Below are positions 39,131-51,670 of a stretch of DNA of 64,000 nt, piece by piece; the stretch's first letter is position 1, and each line of letters begins with the position of its first letter. The translations under genes and the position numbers were made by a program. A model generated the notes under the pieces. That model was not told where the DNA came from and searched no databases. It saw only the letters and a list, made by a program, of their open reading frames with translations. Source of the DNA: Callorhinchus milii (Eukaryota); the NCBI RefSeq assembly GCF_018977255.1, contig NW_024704743.1, forward strand, positions 17,858,001-17,922,000. The letters are read 5' to 3'.

Positions 39131-41905
39131 GTAAGTATGAAAAGTATGTAGATTGTGGGACATTGCTGTGCACAAATTGGTACATATTTTAGTAAATCAT
39201 AATCATACTTGCATTTGATATAGTGCCTAATCACAGCGATCAGATGTCTCAAAGCGCTTCACAGGTTATACTGTAAAGTGGATTGGCTGTGTATTTTGTG
39301 GGTGTAAATCACGTGAAGTGCTTTAAAACGTCCTCGCACATATGTACCAAGTATGCCTTGTACCAAAACTTCTGGATCAATGTTGCTTCCTATTTGCTGC
39401 GTATGCTGGGTAACGTAAGGTGACGTTAGTTGACGTTGGTTGTAATCTGTAATCTGGAAGTCAGCCTTTAATTAGCAGAGGAAGCTAAACTGGATGACTT
39501 ACTCCCATTCACTGTTGATTTCAACTTCTGCTTTCCGCATATGCGGTAAAGCAAGAATGTGATGTTGGCAGTGTCCTGATGACTCGTACTTTAGTGTGAA
39601 AAGCCTGGCATCTGTATATGCTGTGAATGGGCTCCACAGTGCAATTGAGTAGAGAAACACCTAAATTTGTGCTATAAAGAAGTAAGCTGTAATCGAGCTG
39701 CGCTCTACATAAGCAAGTGTGGCAGGGAATCTGTGCCAGCAATTGTTCTGTTAACAACAATGAGACATCGATTTCCAAATTCAAAATATTGTTGAGATCT
39801 GGCAGAAGATACTTGGAGGCAGTACGACAACGTGTATTTATATAGCACCCTTCCTTCATATAGGATAATGTCTCAGAGTGCTTCACAAAATTGGAATTGG
39901 ACGCCAAGATGATGTGTGTGTTTTACGCAGGATTTAAAAACAATAACAACTTGCATTTATGTAGCACCCTTCATGGAGGGGAGAACCTCAGAGCACTGAA
40001 CAATGGGTGACATTAATGGGGAGAAACGGGAGGTGAGGATTTATGGGGAGAAACGGGGGGTGAGGAGGATTTCTTCAATGTGTTTTCAAGGCAGGAAAAG
40101 AGGAGTAAGACAGAAAGATTGATGCACAAATTAGTTTAATTGATTAATTAATATAGAATCTGGAAGAGCAGTTCAGACAAATGCCCCTTTGAGCACTGAA
40201 AGATGTTTTTATTTCCAAGAAACAATACCCATTTCTGATTCTGGATATTTTTCTCATAATTGTATTTCGAAAAGGACATCATGTGGGATGTTGATGTTAT
40301 AAAATGAACACTTGGTACACTAGAAATACTGTAGTAGATTCTGAGAAAGATTGAAAACAGCTGCACTCTCATTTGGTTTTGAACAAAATACTGCTCAAAG
40401 GGTTATTGTGTACCAGGTTGGCTCAAATGCTAATAATCCATGCATTTGATATAGAGCTTCATTATATTGTCGAGATGTTTCAAAGGGCTTCACAGGATTT
40501 TACTGAGAAGTGTAGTGACTGTGTACTTGTAGGCAAACACAGGCGCCAGTTTGCACACAGTGATGTCAGAAAGTCATTACCAGAACAGGATCAGCAAAGA
40601 TCAATGTGTTGCACTCTACTTCACTAAAGAAATAGTTGTAAAGTGAATGACCAATTACAAATTTCAAGGCAATTCCTGTTTTCTCCAGAATAAGCCTTTG
40701 AAATTGCCTGCTTGAGTATTTCTATTAACCTATTCATGCAATTTTAGTTATTTTAAATTACTATCTGTGGTTGGCCTCACCATCATCCTGATTGTCTTTG
40801 ATTCACAGGCTGAACCATTGAATGAAGCATTATTTCACTTGTATCTCGGCTCCCATCAAACCCTCTCCTTCTCCCACTCAGTGTTCATTCAGCAACTGGC
40901 AATGTTGGAAGCCAAATCTAAGTGAAGAAATATTCTCTTTTTCCTATCTTAGAAAGTCCGCAATTCTATCAGTACCAATCTGTGGACGAGTCACTGCGTG
41001 GAGAATCTTTCTAAGTATTTGAGTTCAGAAAACATATTTTTGAAGCTACACATTAGCTCCCTCAGCCTCATCCAGTTTATTCACTGAGTACAGACCATGT
41101 GGATTCTAGGCTTGATTCCCTGATCTGTAAACTGAGCTATCTTAAGTCAGCTAAGAAAGCCACGTACAGTACTAGCAATTACAATCGACCTCAATGCCCC
41201 AGGTTATGTTGGGGGAAAGATTACCTCGAATTCCTGGTAGTGCAGTGACCTTAGGGGAATACACAAGTGGGATATCAAGTCAGAACTAGGCTTGGCTGCA
41301 AAGTTCTGTGTTTGAATGGCCTGCTTCCGTTTGCTGTCTGGACTCGCACGTGAATATTGGCCACTTGATTGAAGCACTGGAGCTGTATTACACTAAACAG
41401 AAAGGAGGAGAGGGAGGAAGCGTTCAGCTGTGCTTAGCAACAACAACAACAACAAGATTCCATTTATTGAGCGCCTTTCACGTCGGGAGGACGTCCCAAG
41501 GCTCTGCAAGAGGACTCAGGCCTCATGGCTATCTTCTCCATGTCGTGGAGGGTTCCTTTGAATGAATGGTGGTCACTGTATTGCGTTCGTAAGTGCTCCG
41601 TGTGAAGGGCGCTACATAAATGCAAGTTGTTGTATTGCAACATTAGGCTGTGAGTAACTTGTGTTGAGACGATTTATTTACAAAACTAAGGTTTTGCTTT
41701 GGTGTGTTTGAAGATTTTGCAACTTTAATTGCCAATAAGAAGATCCTTGTTTTGATACCAATATACCACAACCTTTGATATTGTCAGTTGTTCGTAAGAA
41801 TGAATGATGCACATGGTCTTTCTCCCCCCCCCCCCCCACCTCTGTGGGTAACTTGCTATATCTACTAGTGTTGTGCTTTCAGTACAACTTTCTTTTCCTT
41901 CACAG

Positions 41906-42025
41906 CTGAAGTCAGCAAATGTACATTACATAGTGGCTGAGCACACCAGCCCAATGCACAAGTATGTTGACAACATTACGTTCAGACTCGTTTCTTCCTT
42001 GGGCAGGGATTCTTGCTACGTCTCA
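41906..42025 (+). CDS. Uncharacterised secreted protein, exon 3 (LKSANVHYIVAEHTSPMHKYVDNITFRLVSSLGRDSCYVS)
   Basis: tttcttttccttcacag acceptor and gtaagt donor; 120 bp, phase 0/0. Lies within ORF 41873..42076. Confidence 0.92.
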
Positions 42026-43267
42026 GTAAGTACTGCCATGTTATTTCTGTACACATCTCATAATATATATGTATGATTTGTCTGAATATCATAAATAATC
42101 ACTGATGTCTTCAGTTGCCCAATTTTCTTTGTCGGTTATCTTGGTGATTTATTAACTCACGAGATTGGATCAAGGCCTGGGTTTTGACATTTTCTAAACA
42201 ATCAGTATCATGGAATAATGCCATTCTGTAAGGAACCAGCCCCTAAATCCCCATTGATATTTGAAATTGATGGAAAAATCGCACTGGACTTTGAGCTCAG
42301 AACACCTCTCAGATCCACCCCTCTCACAAAACAATGCTTAATAATCTACATAATCCTTCTTTTAACAAAAAGATATTCACTGTTTTACTAAATACATCAC
42401 CGCCTTCTTCAGTATAAAGAAATTCAGGGAAGGGGAGCAGGAGCTGGTGATGGCTGTTGGGTGACAGTGGAGCTTGATTGTAATGCTCTCACCGCAGTTG
42501 TGCAGGTTGATAACACTTAGTTGATGTGTAAAGAGTGGAAAAGCTGCCAGTAACTGTGGAACCTACTCAGGTTTCCAACTATCCCTTGTTGAAGTGGCTC
42601 AAAAATGTAAAGGACTCATTAGCATTTGTTTACCTAGCAGTAAGCAGGAACCTGGTTGTTAGTCGATTGGCCGATCACTTTTTCGGGCTTAATAATTCTT
42701 TCAAAATAAAAACAATAATTTAGTCACTCAATCCACAACTGCACAATTGGCTGCTGCGTTTCGCCCACAAAATATACAGTCAATTCACTTTACAATATAT
42801 ATGTGAGGTGTTCTGAGACGTCTTGAAGACGTAATAAGACACTATATCGAAGGCAAAGATTATTATTATTTAAGGTTAGAAAATTCATATATCCTATAGC
42901 CATTGTTCTTCAGCATTGCATATCTTCTGGATATGGTGGATCCTTAGAGATGTGTAGAATTTCTCCCGAGGAGATGGAGTGAAGTCTATGATGGCAGGTT
43001 TTGGATAAAGATGGGTTCTGCGTGAAGAATCTAATTTATCTACATCTTTGCTGCGAAGCTCCTTTTTTGGTAACTTTTGAAAACAGGACTGCTGCCTTAA
43101 AGTTAGGGTGGCAATTCTGCAGGTTTGTGGCTGTTGTGTTTAGGTTTTCAGAATTCCATGGGTCCTCATATTCATAAGCAGTTAGCGTTGCCACATTATT
43201 ATCTTTCTTTGCATTTCTCTACACCTGCTCAGTTGCTGCTAATTCAGATCATTATGTTCTCTCGCAG

Positions 43268-43346
43268 GGATTCTCGGTTTCTGAAAAGTGGTATGCTGTC
43301 TTTGACTACGGTACAAACTACTGTAACCTGCACAACCTTATAGAAG
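43268..43346 (+). CDS. Uncharacterised secreted protein, exon 4 (GFSVSEKWYAVFDYGTNYCNLHNLIE-G)
   Basis: ttctctcgcag acceptor and G|gtaaat donor; 79 bp, phase 0 to 1. Confidence 0.92.
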
Positions 43347-43664
43347 GTAAATGGAAAAGTGAAACCCATTTTAATTATTTTTTAAAAAAGCATTTCATAA
43401 TGTTGATTTGATGATTAATTCCCCCTCTCTACCACTCCATCTCATCTTCCCCCACCCTCTCTTTCTGTCTTCTTCTTGCCTCAAATCTTAGCTCTTTAAA
43501 CATGCCTATAGCTATTTCCCTCTCCCTTGCTTGGTGCAATTCCCATTCCTGTTAAGTGCTCTAAGATGTTACCCTACGTAAAGAATGTTATGAAATGCAA
43601 GTTACTGAGTTGAGATCCTCTCGTTCTCATTTTCTTACAATAATCTGTTCTGTCCTTTTTGCAG

Positions 43665-43756
43665 GTAGTGGTTTAGACAAAGTCCCAAATTACAGCGAAT
43701 TAACAAACAACTTCCAGTGCACTCAGTACTCATCAGCTAACTGTACAATTTACTGA
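43665..43756 (+). CDS. Uncharacterised secreted protein, exon 5 (G-SGLDKVPNYSELTNNFQCTQYSSANCTIY-stop)
   Basis: tccttttttgcag-type acceptor, phase 1 matching exon 4, TGA at 43754-43756. Total CDS 510 nt = 169 aa plus stop. Confidence 0.92.
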
Positions 43757-43999
43757 ACAAGAAAGACTCTGGAGTAACAGTTGGGCAAAGTGAGCAAGAA
43801 ACCCTGATGTCCAATGCTGATTAACTCAGGCGGCTTGAATTCATTCCCGATTTGCTGAAAGAATGCAAAAGCTTTAAGCAGTTGAATTTCTGAATCTGAT
43901 ACCCAGCTGTACCTATGAACAAAGCTGCCAAGAGCTCTCATCAGGAGTATAAAAAAGAAGTCAGACTGTTTCAGCTTTATATAACTATACAATCTTAAT

Positions 44000-44005
44000 A
44001 ATAAA
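44000..44005 (+). terminator. Candidate polyadenylation signal of the plus-strand gene
   Basis: AATAAA about 245 nt after the stop codon. Confidence 0.5.
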
Positions 44006-44765
44006 TATATTGCGATTGATTTCTCATTCTTCTGTAACACTGGGGCACTTGCCTACGTGTTAGGATCATAGAAATGATCTGATGGGTCAGTAAGGTTGTT
44101 TTGAAGAGGGAGGAGAAAGTGTACAGGAAGTCTGTTGTGTCTGCACCATTACGAGCGCTTCATAACCGACTAACAAAATCGTTAAATGCTCAGGTTTGCT
44201 TTATAAGATTACGTCCTCCTTCATATAAGAGGAACAAGGAAAAGGAGGGGTATGGGTATGGGAGGCAGATAGGGAGATGAGGTTAGGAATGGTTTGGAGA
44301 AATGGTTTGTTTCATTGCCTTACATTCTGTAATTTTATATAATGGTTTATGTATTTCTCTGATTATGAAACCCATGTGGAGTTTCTCTTTTTTGTTTAAA
44401 AAGACACCAGATTATTCCAGTTACATTGGTTAATGCACCATAAGAACTGCCATAATCCTTTAATCCCATGCACCTCCTATATAGTGCACTTTGCCCTCAA
44501 AATATACAGTCAATATATTCTACATCAAATGCAAGGATTATTTTGTAGAATTAAATGTTATATCCATTCTAAAATGCTTCATGTCAAATGCCTGCTTCTG
44601 TACTTGTATCACTTGCAGTTTTACACTTTAATTATTCTATTCATTTGTGAATGGATCATGCTTCGATTCTTCCTTTTATTTCTATCAAATTACTTTCAAC
44701 CTCACTTACATTTTTCCTGTCACAGAGCTTCATCAGAGAAGCATTCGGGTAGCTTTGCTGACAAA

Positions 44766-45075
44766 GGAGTCCTGTAGCTCAGTGGTTAGAGCACTTGCCT
44801 CACAAGCGGGAGACCTGGGTTTGATTCCTGGCAGGGCAAAACCATGGGCAAGTTTCCTTACTCCATACGCCAGATAATATTCCTTCAGAAAAAACAATAA
44901 AATAAAATTGGTCACTTCAATCCACGACTGTTTGTGGGACACTGCCGTGTGCAATTGGCTGCTGTGTTTCACCCACAAATATACAGTCAGTTCACTTAAC
45001 AGTATATTCTGTGAAGCGCTTTGAGACGTCCAGAAGACTTGAAAAGGGCTATCTCAAATGCAAGGATTATTATTT
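44766..45075 (+). mobile_element. tRNA-headed SINE
   Basis: ggagtcctgtagctcagtggttagagc head, body and tail. Confidence 0.9.
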
Positions 45076-45700
45076 TTATTTAACTTTATTCTTTTCGATC
45101 GATTTCTGGTCAGTTTTAATCTGATAACGTCACCTTTTATAATGTCAATTCCTACCTATTGTCATCTCATGCACAGCCAAGCTCAGCACTTACGACAACG
45201 CCATTTTCTTGTCATTTCAAGTTACCTACATTTCAAGAGACCTGAAATGAAACAGTAGTTTTTCAAACCATGAATTCTAGTTAGGGGAAGTTATTTGTGT
45301 TGTTTAGGGATGATTGTATATAGGGATTGTTTTGAGAGCTTTTCCAATGCTTCTAGGGCTTTAAATGTGCACATGAAAAGTTAGAATCTAAAGGTCAATA
45401 GAACGGAACCGGGAGTGCAGTTACTGCAGTACAATCCCCCAGGTAAATTGTCACTCACTTCATGGCTGATGTGAGACATTGCTGTGGACAAATTGGCTGC
45501 CATGTTTGTCTACAAAATACACAGTAAATCCTGTGAAGTGCTTTGAGATATCCTCCCACATACATACCAAGTGCCTCAGATTGTGTGGGATAAAGTGTTT
45601 TAGCAGTGAAAAGTAACTTGTCTTATTTCCATGGACTGGCGATCATGCTTTTTATTATTCTCTAACAAATGAATGCAGTGGAAAGGGAAAAGGTGGTAAT

Positions 45701-46030
45701 TAGGAGTTTGCAATCTCAGGAATCCTGATGCCAGGATCCCGTATGGTAATGGTGCTCCCCAAATCCTGGGTTTCATTGAAGAGAATCCTGGGATTTCGGA
45801 TTATGGGAAGGCTGAGCTCGGGCGTAGGGGGAGTGCGGGTTTTCCTGCTCAGTTGAAAGCATCTGCACATCACAAGGACAAATCAGTGGGGAAGGGAAGG
45901 GTGGGTGTTTAAACCTGCCGGGCGCCCCCGCAGAGGGATGCTCTCTCTGAGTTACTCCCCTGGTTCTGAATGACTGGGAGTCCTGGATGAGATTCAGGAT
46001 TCCGAAAGAGCACCGGGATTGCAAGCCCCA
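45701..46030. mobile_element. hAT-superfamily MITE, 330 bp
   Basis: Perfect 8-bp target-site duplication GTGGTAAT (45693-45700 and 46031-46038) and imperfect TIRs taggagtttgcaatc / gattgcaagcccca. Confidence 0.85.
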
Positions 46031-46369
46031 GTGGTAATCACTATCCTCCCACAGGAGTTCACCTACACTTTACAGTAAAAAAAAGTCCTGTGAAGGGCTT
46101 GAGGCATCTTCCTGATGTGAAAGGCACTATATCAAATGCAAGGATTATCATGATTCCATCTCGGACAAGTTACAATGTGGAGTTATAAATCTGATCGCCA
46201 GCGACAGGTTTATTTATCCAGGTGCGGATTTTGATGGGACAGCAGTCTTTTCAAGTTCTGATGTGTTTTTACACAACAGATTGATCTGGTCACATATGAT
46301 GTGACTATTGTCAACCATCTAAGTCTTAAAAATAAATAATATCAACTACTTGCATTTATGTGGCGTCCT

Positions 46370-46853
46370 GTAACTCTGCAGCCCGTGTCCTCACCTGCAC
46401 CAGGCTCTGTGACCTTATCACTCCCGACTCCACTGGCTTCCCATCACACAGAGGATACAGTTCAAAATCCTGGTCCTCACCCAACATGGTCTTGCTCCCC
46501 CCTACCTCTGCGACCTCCTAAACCCCTACCATCCTTCTCGCTCCCTCTGCTCAGCGGGCTCCGGCCTGCTTCACGTCCCCCGTCTCGCTCGCCCCACTAT
46601 TGATGGGCGGACCTTCTGCCAATCTGCCCCCTCCATTGGCAGTCCCTCCGCCTCGCCCCCTCCATTGCCTCCTTCAAGACCCATCTCAAGACCCTCCTCT
46701 TCAACTGTGCTTTCAATCACCTGCTTCCCGCCCCCCGCCCCAACCCTCCCCAATGCCAACCCCCAGCTCGGGCCCAAAACTCTGTCTGTCGAGCACCTTG
46801 GGGCATCCTCCCGACGTGAAAGACGCTATACAAATGTAATTTTGTTGTTGTTG
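46370..46853 (+). mobile_element. L2 LINE 3' fragment
   Basis: Typical tail ...ccgacgtgaaagacgctatacaaatgtaa(tttg)n. Confidence 0.88.
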
Positions 46854-47197
46854 CAGTTTAGTGGTTAGAGCACGCACCTCGCAAGCAAGAGGAGCTGGGT
46901 TCTATCCCAGGGCGGTGAAATGTTGGGCAATTTTCCTTACTCCACAAACCTCTGTTTGCCTATCAGTAGGTAGAAACCTGGTTGTTAGTCGATTGGCGGA
47001 ATGCTTTTGTGTGGGTAATAATTCCTTCAAAATAAATTTAAAAAAATAATTTGGTCACTCAATCCTGATGTGGGCCACTGCTGTGTGCAATTTGCTTCCG
47101 CGGTTCACCCACAAAATGTGCAGTCAATTCTCTTTACCTTAGCCATCTCAAAGACACGATAAGGCACTATATCAAATGCAAGTATCATTATTATTAT
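46854..47197 (+). mobile_element. tRNA-headed SINE (long subfamily) directly after an L2 tail
   Basis: Same family. Confidence 0.82.
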
Positions 47198-50118
47198 AAA
47201 TTTGTATTGTATTGAATAGGTTCTGTCATAGAGCGGATCGACTTCAAGGTCCTCACTCTAGTGTTTAAATCCCTCCATTCCTTGGCACCCCCTTATGTCT
47301 CTAACCTTCTCTCTCCCCACAGCGGTAACCAGTGCCTCCGCTCTACTGGGTCTGTCATCCTCTGTGTTCCTTGAATCCTCCGCTCCACCATCAGTGGCGT
47401 GCCTTCAGACACTACGTCCCCAAAATTTGGAACACCCTCCCTCAATCCCTTTGCCTCACCTCCTCCTTCGACCGAGCCTACGGTCACCTTCCCGCTCTCC
47501 CTGGCTTGGGCTCCACCATCGTTAAGTGCTCTGATACATCGCCCAGCTTGGAGGACGCTATTTAAATGGAAGTGGTTGTTGTTGTAGGTTTTCACAGAAC
47601 AAAATTTCATGAAACATATGTAAGATTTTGAAAATCATACTAGATGGTCTGTCTGTCTGACTAGTCTGTCAGTTTTGGGGATGAAGGTTGCATTTATTTT
47701 AAAACCTGCGAATTTCTTCAGAACATTCAGTAAAAAAATCTGAGAACCAGATGCTGGATAGAATAGATTGCAAACACCAGACACATTGGCGTGAAACATT
47801 TTCATCTTTCCTCATCCACAAACAACCAGTTCAGCCAATATGTCACAGACCTGTTTTCAGTTAGACAAGTGAAACAAAGAGACAAAATGATAAGTGGTGA
47901 AATAAATGATGGTGCTGCACTTTTTTTTATGTCAAAACAATGGATACAGGAAAAGCTTACTAACTATCTTATTAATCATCTTCACCTTCAATGACTATCT
48001 TCAACCACTAGATGATGCCCAGAGACTATACTAGACCAAACTGAAGTATTGTCTTGATGTTCACTGTGCCTTCACTTCAGCCTGATATATTAATCTTGTT
48101 CCAGTAACAATAAATGTCTTATAATTAACTGGAGATATTACTAAATTTCAGTTCCGGGATTATTATGTTTTGTACATTTTACTATTCTTCTATTTCTGTA
48201 TCATGTTAATTGATTGATAGTTTTTTTTACTAATTACTATATGTAAGTCTATTTTAGCTCATGTACCTTTACTATATTCTTATAGTTAAGGCTTGTAACA
48301 CTGTCGACTTTCCACTGACAGAAGGGTACTTTCAGGTGTACATGTTTGGACTGTTTTGGGAACTCATCAAATAATCGATCATTATAAAAATATTTTATTT
48401 CTGTAAAGGAATTGCGAATTCAAACTCTACTTGAACTCTGCACTGATTATCTGAATATAACTTCTAGTAGTTTGCCTCAACGTAGTAAATCTGCAGTTCC
48501 CTACAGAGGCAATAAATAAATCAAAGTGGCTATTCCTAAAATATTGCATTACTATTCAAGTGCTAAATATTTGTGTTCGCCCCTCACAGGAAAATCAAAC
48601 CCATTTGTGAACATCATAGAATGTTACAGCATGGAAAGGGGCCTGGTAGCCCATCAGGTCACCACTGTGGTTGTGCAGTGATGTCAAGTTTGTTTGTGCT
48701 TTATCTTATTCTAATAGAACCATAGAAATTTATAGCACAGAAGGAGCCAATTTGGCCCATCATATCTGTGCTCTCTTTTAAGAGTAATTCCTTCAGTCTC
48801 ATTTACGTGCTCTTTCACCATACCTTTGTCGTTGACTCATTTTTAGATATTTTTCTAGTTATCTACTGTAGCTTTAAAATTATTTATTCAAATCCCATCC
48901 CCCTTATCTGGAAGAGATGAAGGTGCTGCTCAGGCTCCCATATCAACGTCATTGTGTACTTGGACACGAGGAGGTGTATAAGCATGGTTGGATGACCTCA
49001 TCAATTTTTTCTCCCCTGTAACAACTGAGCCTGGGAATGTGTGACGCAGAGACACGCAGCGTTCAAACTCTCTACCCAGCTCTCTGTGAACACATTGCAT
49101 TGGTACAGTAACATCAGATACTATTATAACAGAATTCCATCCTTTGAAACTGCAGATATAAGGTGACCTTCAGACCCGATTGCTTGAAATTTGAATGCAA
49201 TGACTATCTTGCGTACGTAGAAAATGTGATCCATAGTTCTTTGCACATTTAGAAACTCTGTCCACACATTGACCAGTATTTCCATGCTCAGTGATTTTAG
49301 TAGTTAGAAGCAGAGGCAAGTTTGACTTCCTGAGCTACAGATACAATTCCTCTAAATATTTCTGTAATACCAGGGAAATATTTTCCCTTTTTGGTTCACA
49401 CAGATATGTTCTTTGCTCTTTCACATTCACAATAAATAATATAATAATAATTAGAATAATAATCAGCAGAATAACTGGCATCTGAATGAAAAGTTGCTTA
49501 TAGTTCAAACTGCAAGAATCGGTTAAGTATTTGCTATATGTATGAATAACTACTGTTCTCTGTAAGAAATTGCTTTCGGAATTGATGGTGCGGCAACTTG
49601 CCTGGCACAGGAAGGCAGGAATTGAGTCAATCCTCTGGGCCAGTATTGATAGTTCACAACCTGAGCCAAGCTGGACCACACCGTTGTTCCTGACAAAGTA
49701 GGCAGCCTAGCTTTTTGATAGGACTTGGAGAAGCAAACCCGAAGGGTGGCTGTAGCTGGACAAACAGTTGTCAGCCTTGTTCAATTGGTAGCACTCTTGC
49801 CTCTGAGGTGAAGATTGCAGGTTCAAGCCCCACGTCAGGAGTTTGAACTTGAGTCAACTCAAAGCGCTTCACAGAATACATTGTAAAGTAGTGTACTTCA
49901 CAGGTGAATGCAGCAGCCAATTGATGCACAGCAGTCTCTCACAAACAGCAGTGAGTGATCAATTTATTTGGGGGATTGTTGGCCAAGACGCTGCTTTGGA
50001 GTATCAAAACCAAAGAGTTCCATGTATCCCACCAACACAAGGAAATTCCTATGTGTTTGGAATGGAATGTACACTCTCTCTGTGGAAGGATGCATCCTGT
50101 TTACCTAATTCCAGAAAC

Positions 50119-51670
50119 ATTAGACCATAAGACGTAGGAATAGGAATAAGCCATTCGGCCCCTCGAGCCTGCCCCGCCATTTAATAAGATCTTGGCTGAT
50201 CTTCTAACCTAATTCCATTTACCTGCCCTATCCCCATATTCCTTAATCCCTCTATCCTTTAGAAATCTATTAATCTCAGTCTTGAATATGTTCAAGGACT
50301 GAGCATCCACAGCCTTCTGGGGTAGAGAATTCCACAAATTCACTACCCTCTGAGTGAAGTAATGTTTCCTCAACTCAGTTCGAAAAGGCTGAACCTTAAT
50401 CTTGAGACTATGACCCCTAGTTTTAGATTCTCCAACCAGGGGAAACAGCCTCATGGCATCTACCCTGTCAAGACCCTTAGGAATCTTATAGGTTTCTATA
50501 AGATCACCTCTAATTCTTCTATCTTCTAGAGAATATATGCCTAGTTTACTTAACCTATTCTCAAAGGTCAACCCCCTCATCCCAGGAAGCAATTTAGTGA
50601 ACCTACGCTGCACCCCCTCTAAGGCAAATATGTCCTTTCTTAAATAAAGAGACCAAAACTGCACACAATATTCTAGATGCGGTCTCACCAAGGCCTTATA
50701 CAACTGCAGCAAGACTTCCCTACTCTTGTACTCTATCCCTTTTGCAACAAACGCCAACATGGCATCAGCCTTCCTAGTTGCTTGCTGTACCTGCATACTA
50801 ACTTTTTGTGGCTGGTGTACAATGACACCCAAATCCCTCTGAACACTAACACTACTCTAGAAAATAATCCGCTTTTCTATTTTTACTACCTAGGTGAATA
50901 ACTTCACACTTCCCCACGTTATACTCCATCTGCCACCTTATTGCCCACTCACCTAGCCTGTCTTTGCATTCTTCCTGTGTCAACCTCACAGGTTACTCTC
51001 CCACCTATCTTTGTATCGTCCGCAATTTAGATATGTTAAGTTCTATTTCCTCATCTAAATCATTGATATAGACTGTAAATAATTGAGGCCCAAGCACTGA
51101 TCCTTGTGGCACTCCACTAGTCACATCCTGCCAATCTGAGAAGGACCGGTTTATCCCTACTCTCTTTTCTTCCTGTTAGCCACTCTCCAATCCATGCTAA
51201 TATAGTACCTTTAATTCCATGGGTCTAATCTTATGGAACAAGCTTTTATGTGGCACCTTGTCGAATGCCTTCTGGAAATCCAAATACACCACATCTACTG
51301 GTTCCCCCCTATCTAACCTGCTAGTTACATCCTCAAAAAACTGTATAAGATTTGTTAAACATGATTTCCCTTTTGCAAAGCCATGATGACTACCTAATCA
51401 TGTTATGATTTTCTAAGTACCCCACAATGACGTCCCTAATTAAGGACTCTAGAATTTTCCCTACCACCGAAGTCAGACTAACTGGTCTATAGTTCCCCAT
51501 TTTTGTCTACCACCCTTCTTAAATAGCGGCGTTACGTTTGCAACCTTCCAATCAATGGGAACTGTTCCAGAATCCAGGGAATTTTGGAAGATCATAAACA
51601 AAGCATCCACTATCTTTACAGCCACCTCTTTTAAAACCCTAGGAAGCAAGCCATCAGGTCCAGGGATTTA
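50119..51670 (-). mobile_element. CR1-clade LINE, 5'-truncated, RT C-terminus and 3' UTR
   Basis: ORF 50209..50832 (LQLYKALVRPHLEYCVQFWS...RGDLIETYKI...TRGHSLK...QRVVNLWNSLP) is a classic CR1 ORF2 end. Upstream sequence is frameshifted RT ([26 protein letters not shown]). Confidence 0.95.

Noticed and set aside
44766..44840. tRNA-Ala-like genes (also about 30300-30380, 60713-60790 and others)
   Set aside because: Each runs directly into a SINE body and lacks a proper acceptor stem; these are SINE heads.
48900..49770. Unique-looking stretches that might be conserved non-coding elements or ancient repeats
   Set aside because: Cannot be supported without cross-species alignment; no diagnostic motif seen.
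50209..50832. 207-aa ORF as a host gene
   Set aside because: It is the C-terminus of CR1 ORF2 in a truncated, frameshifted LINE copy.
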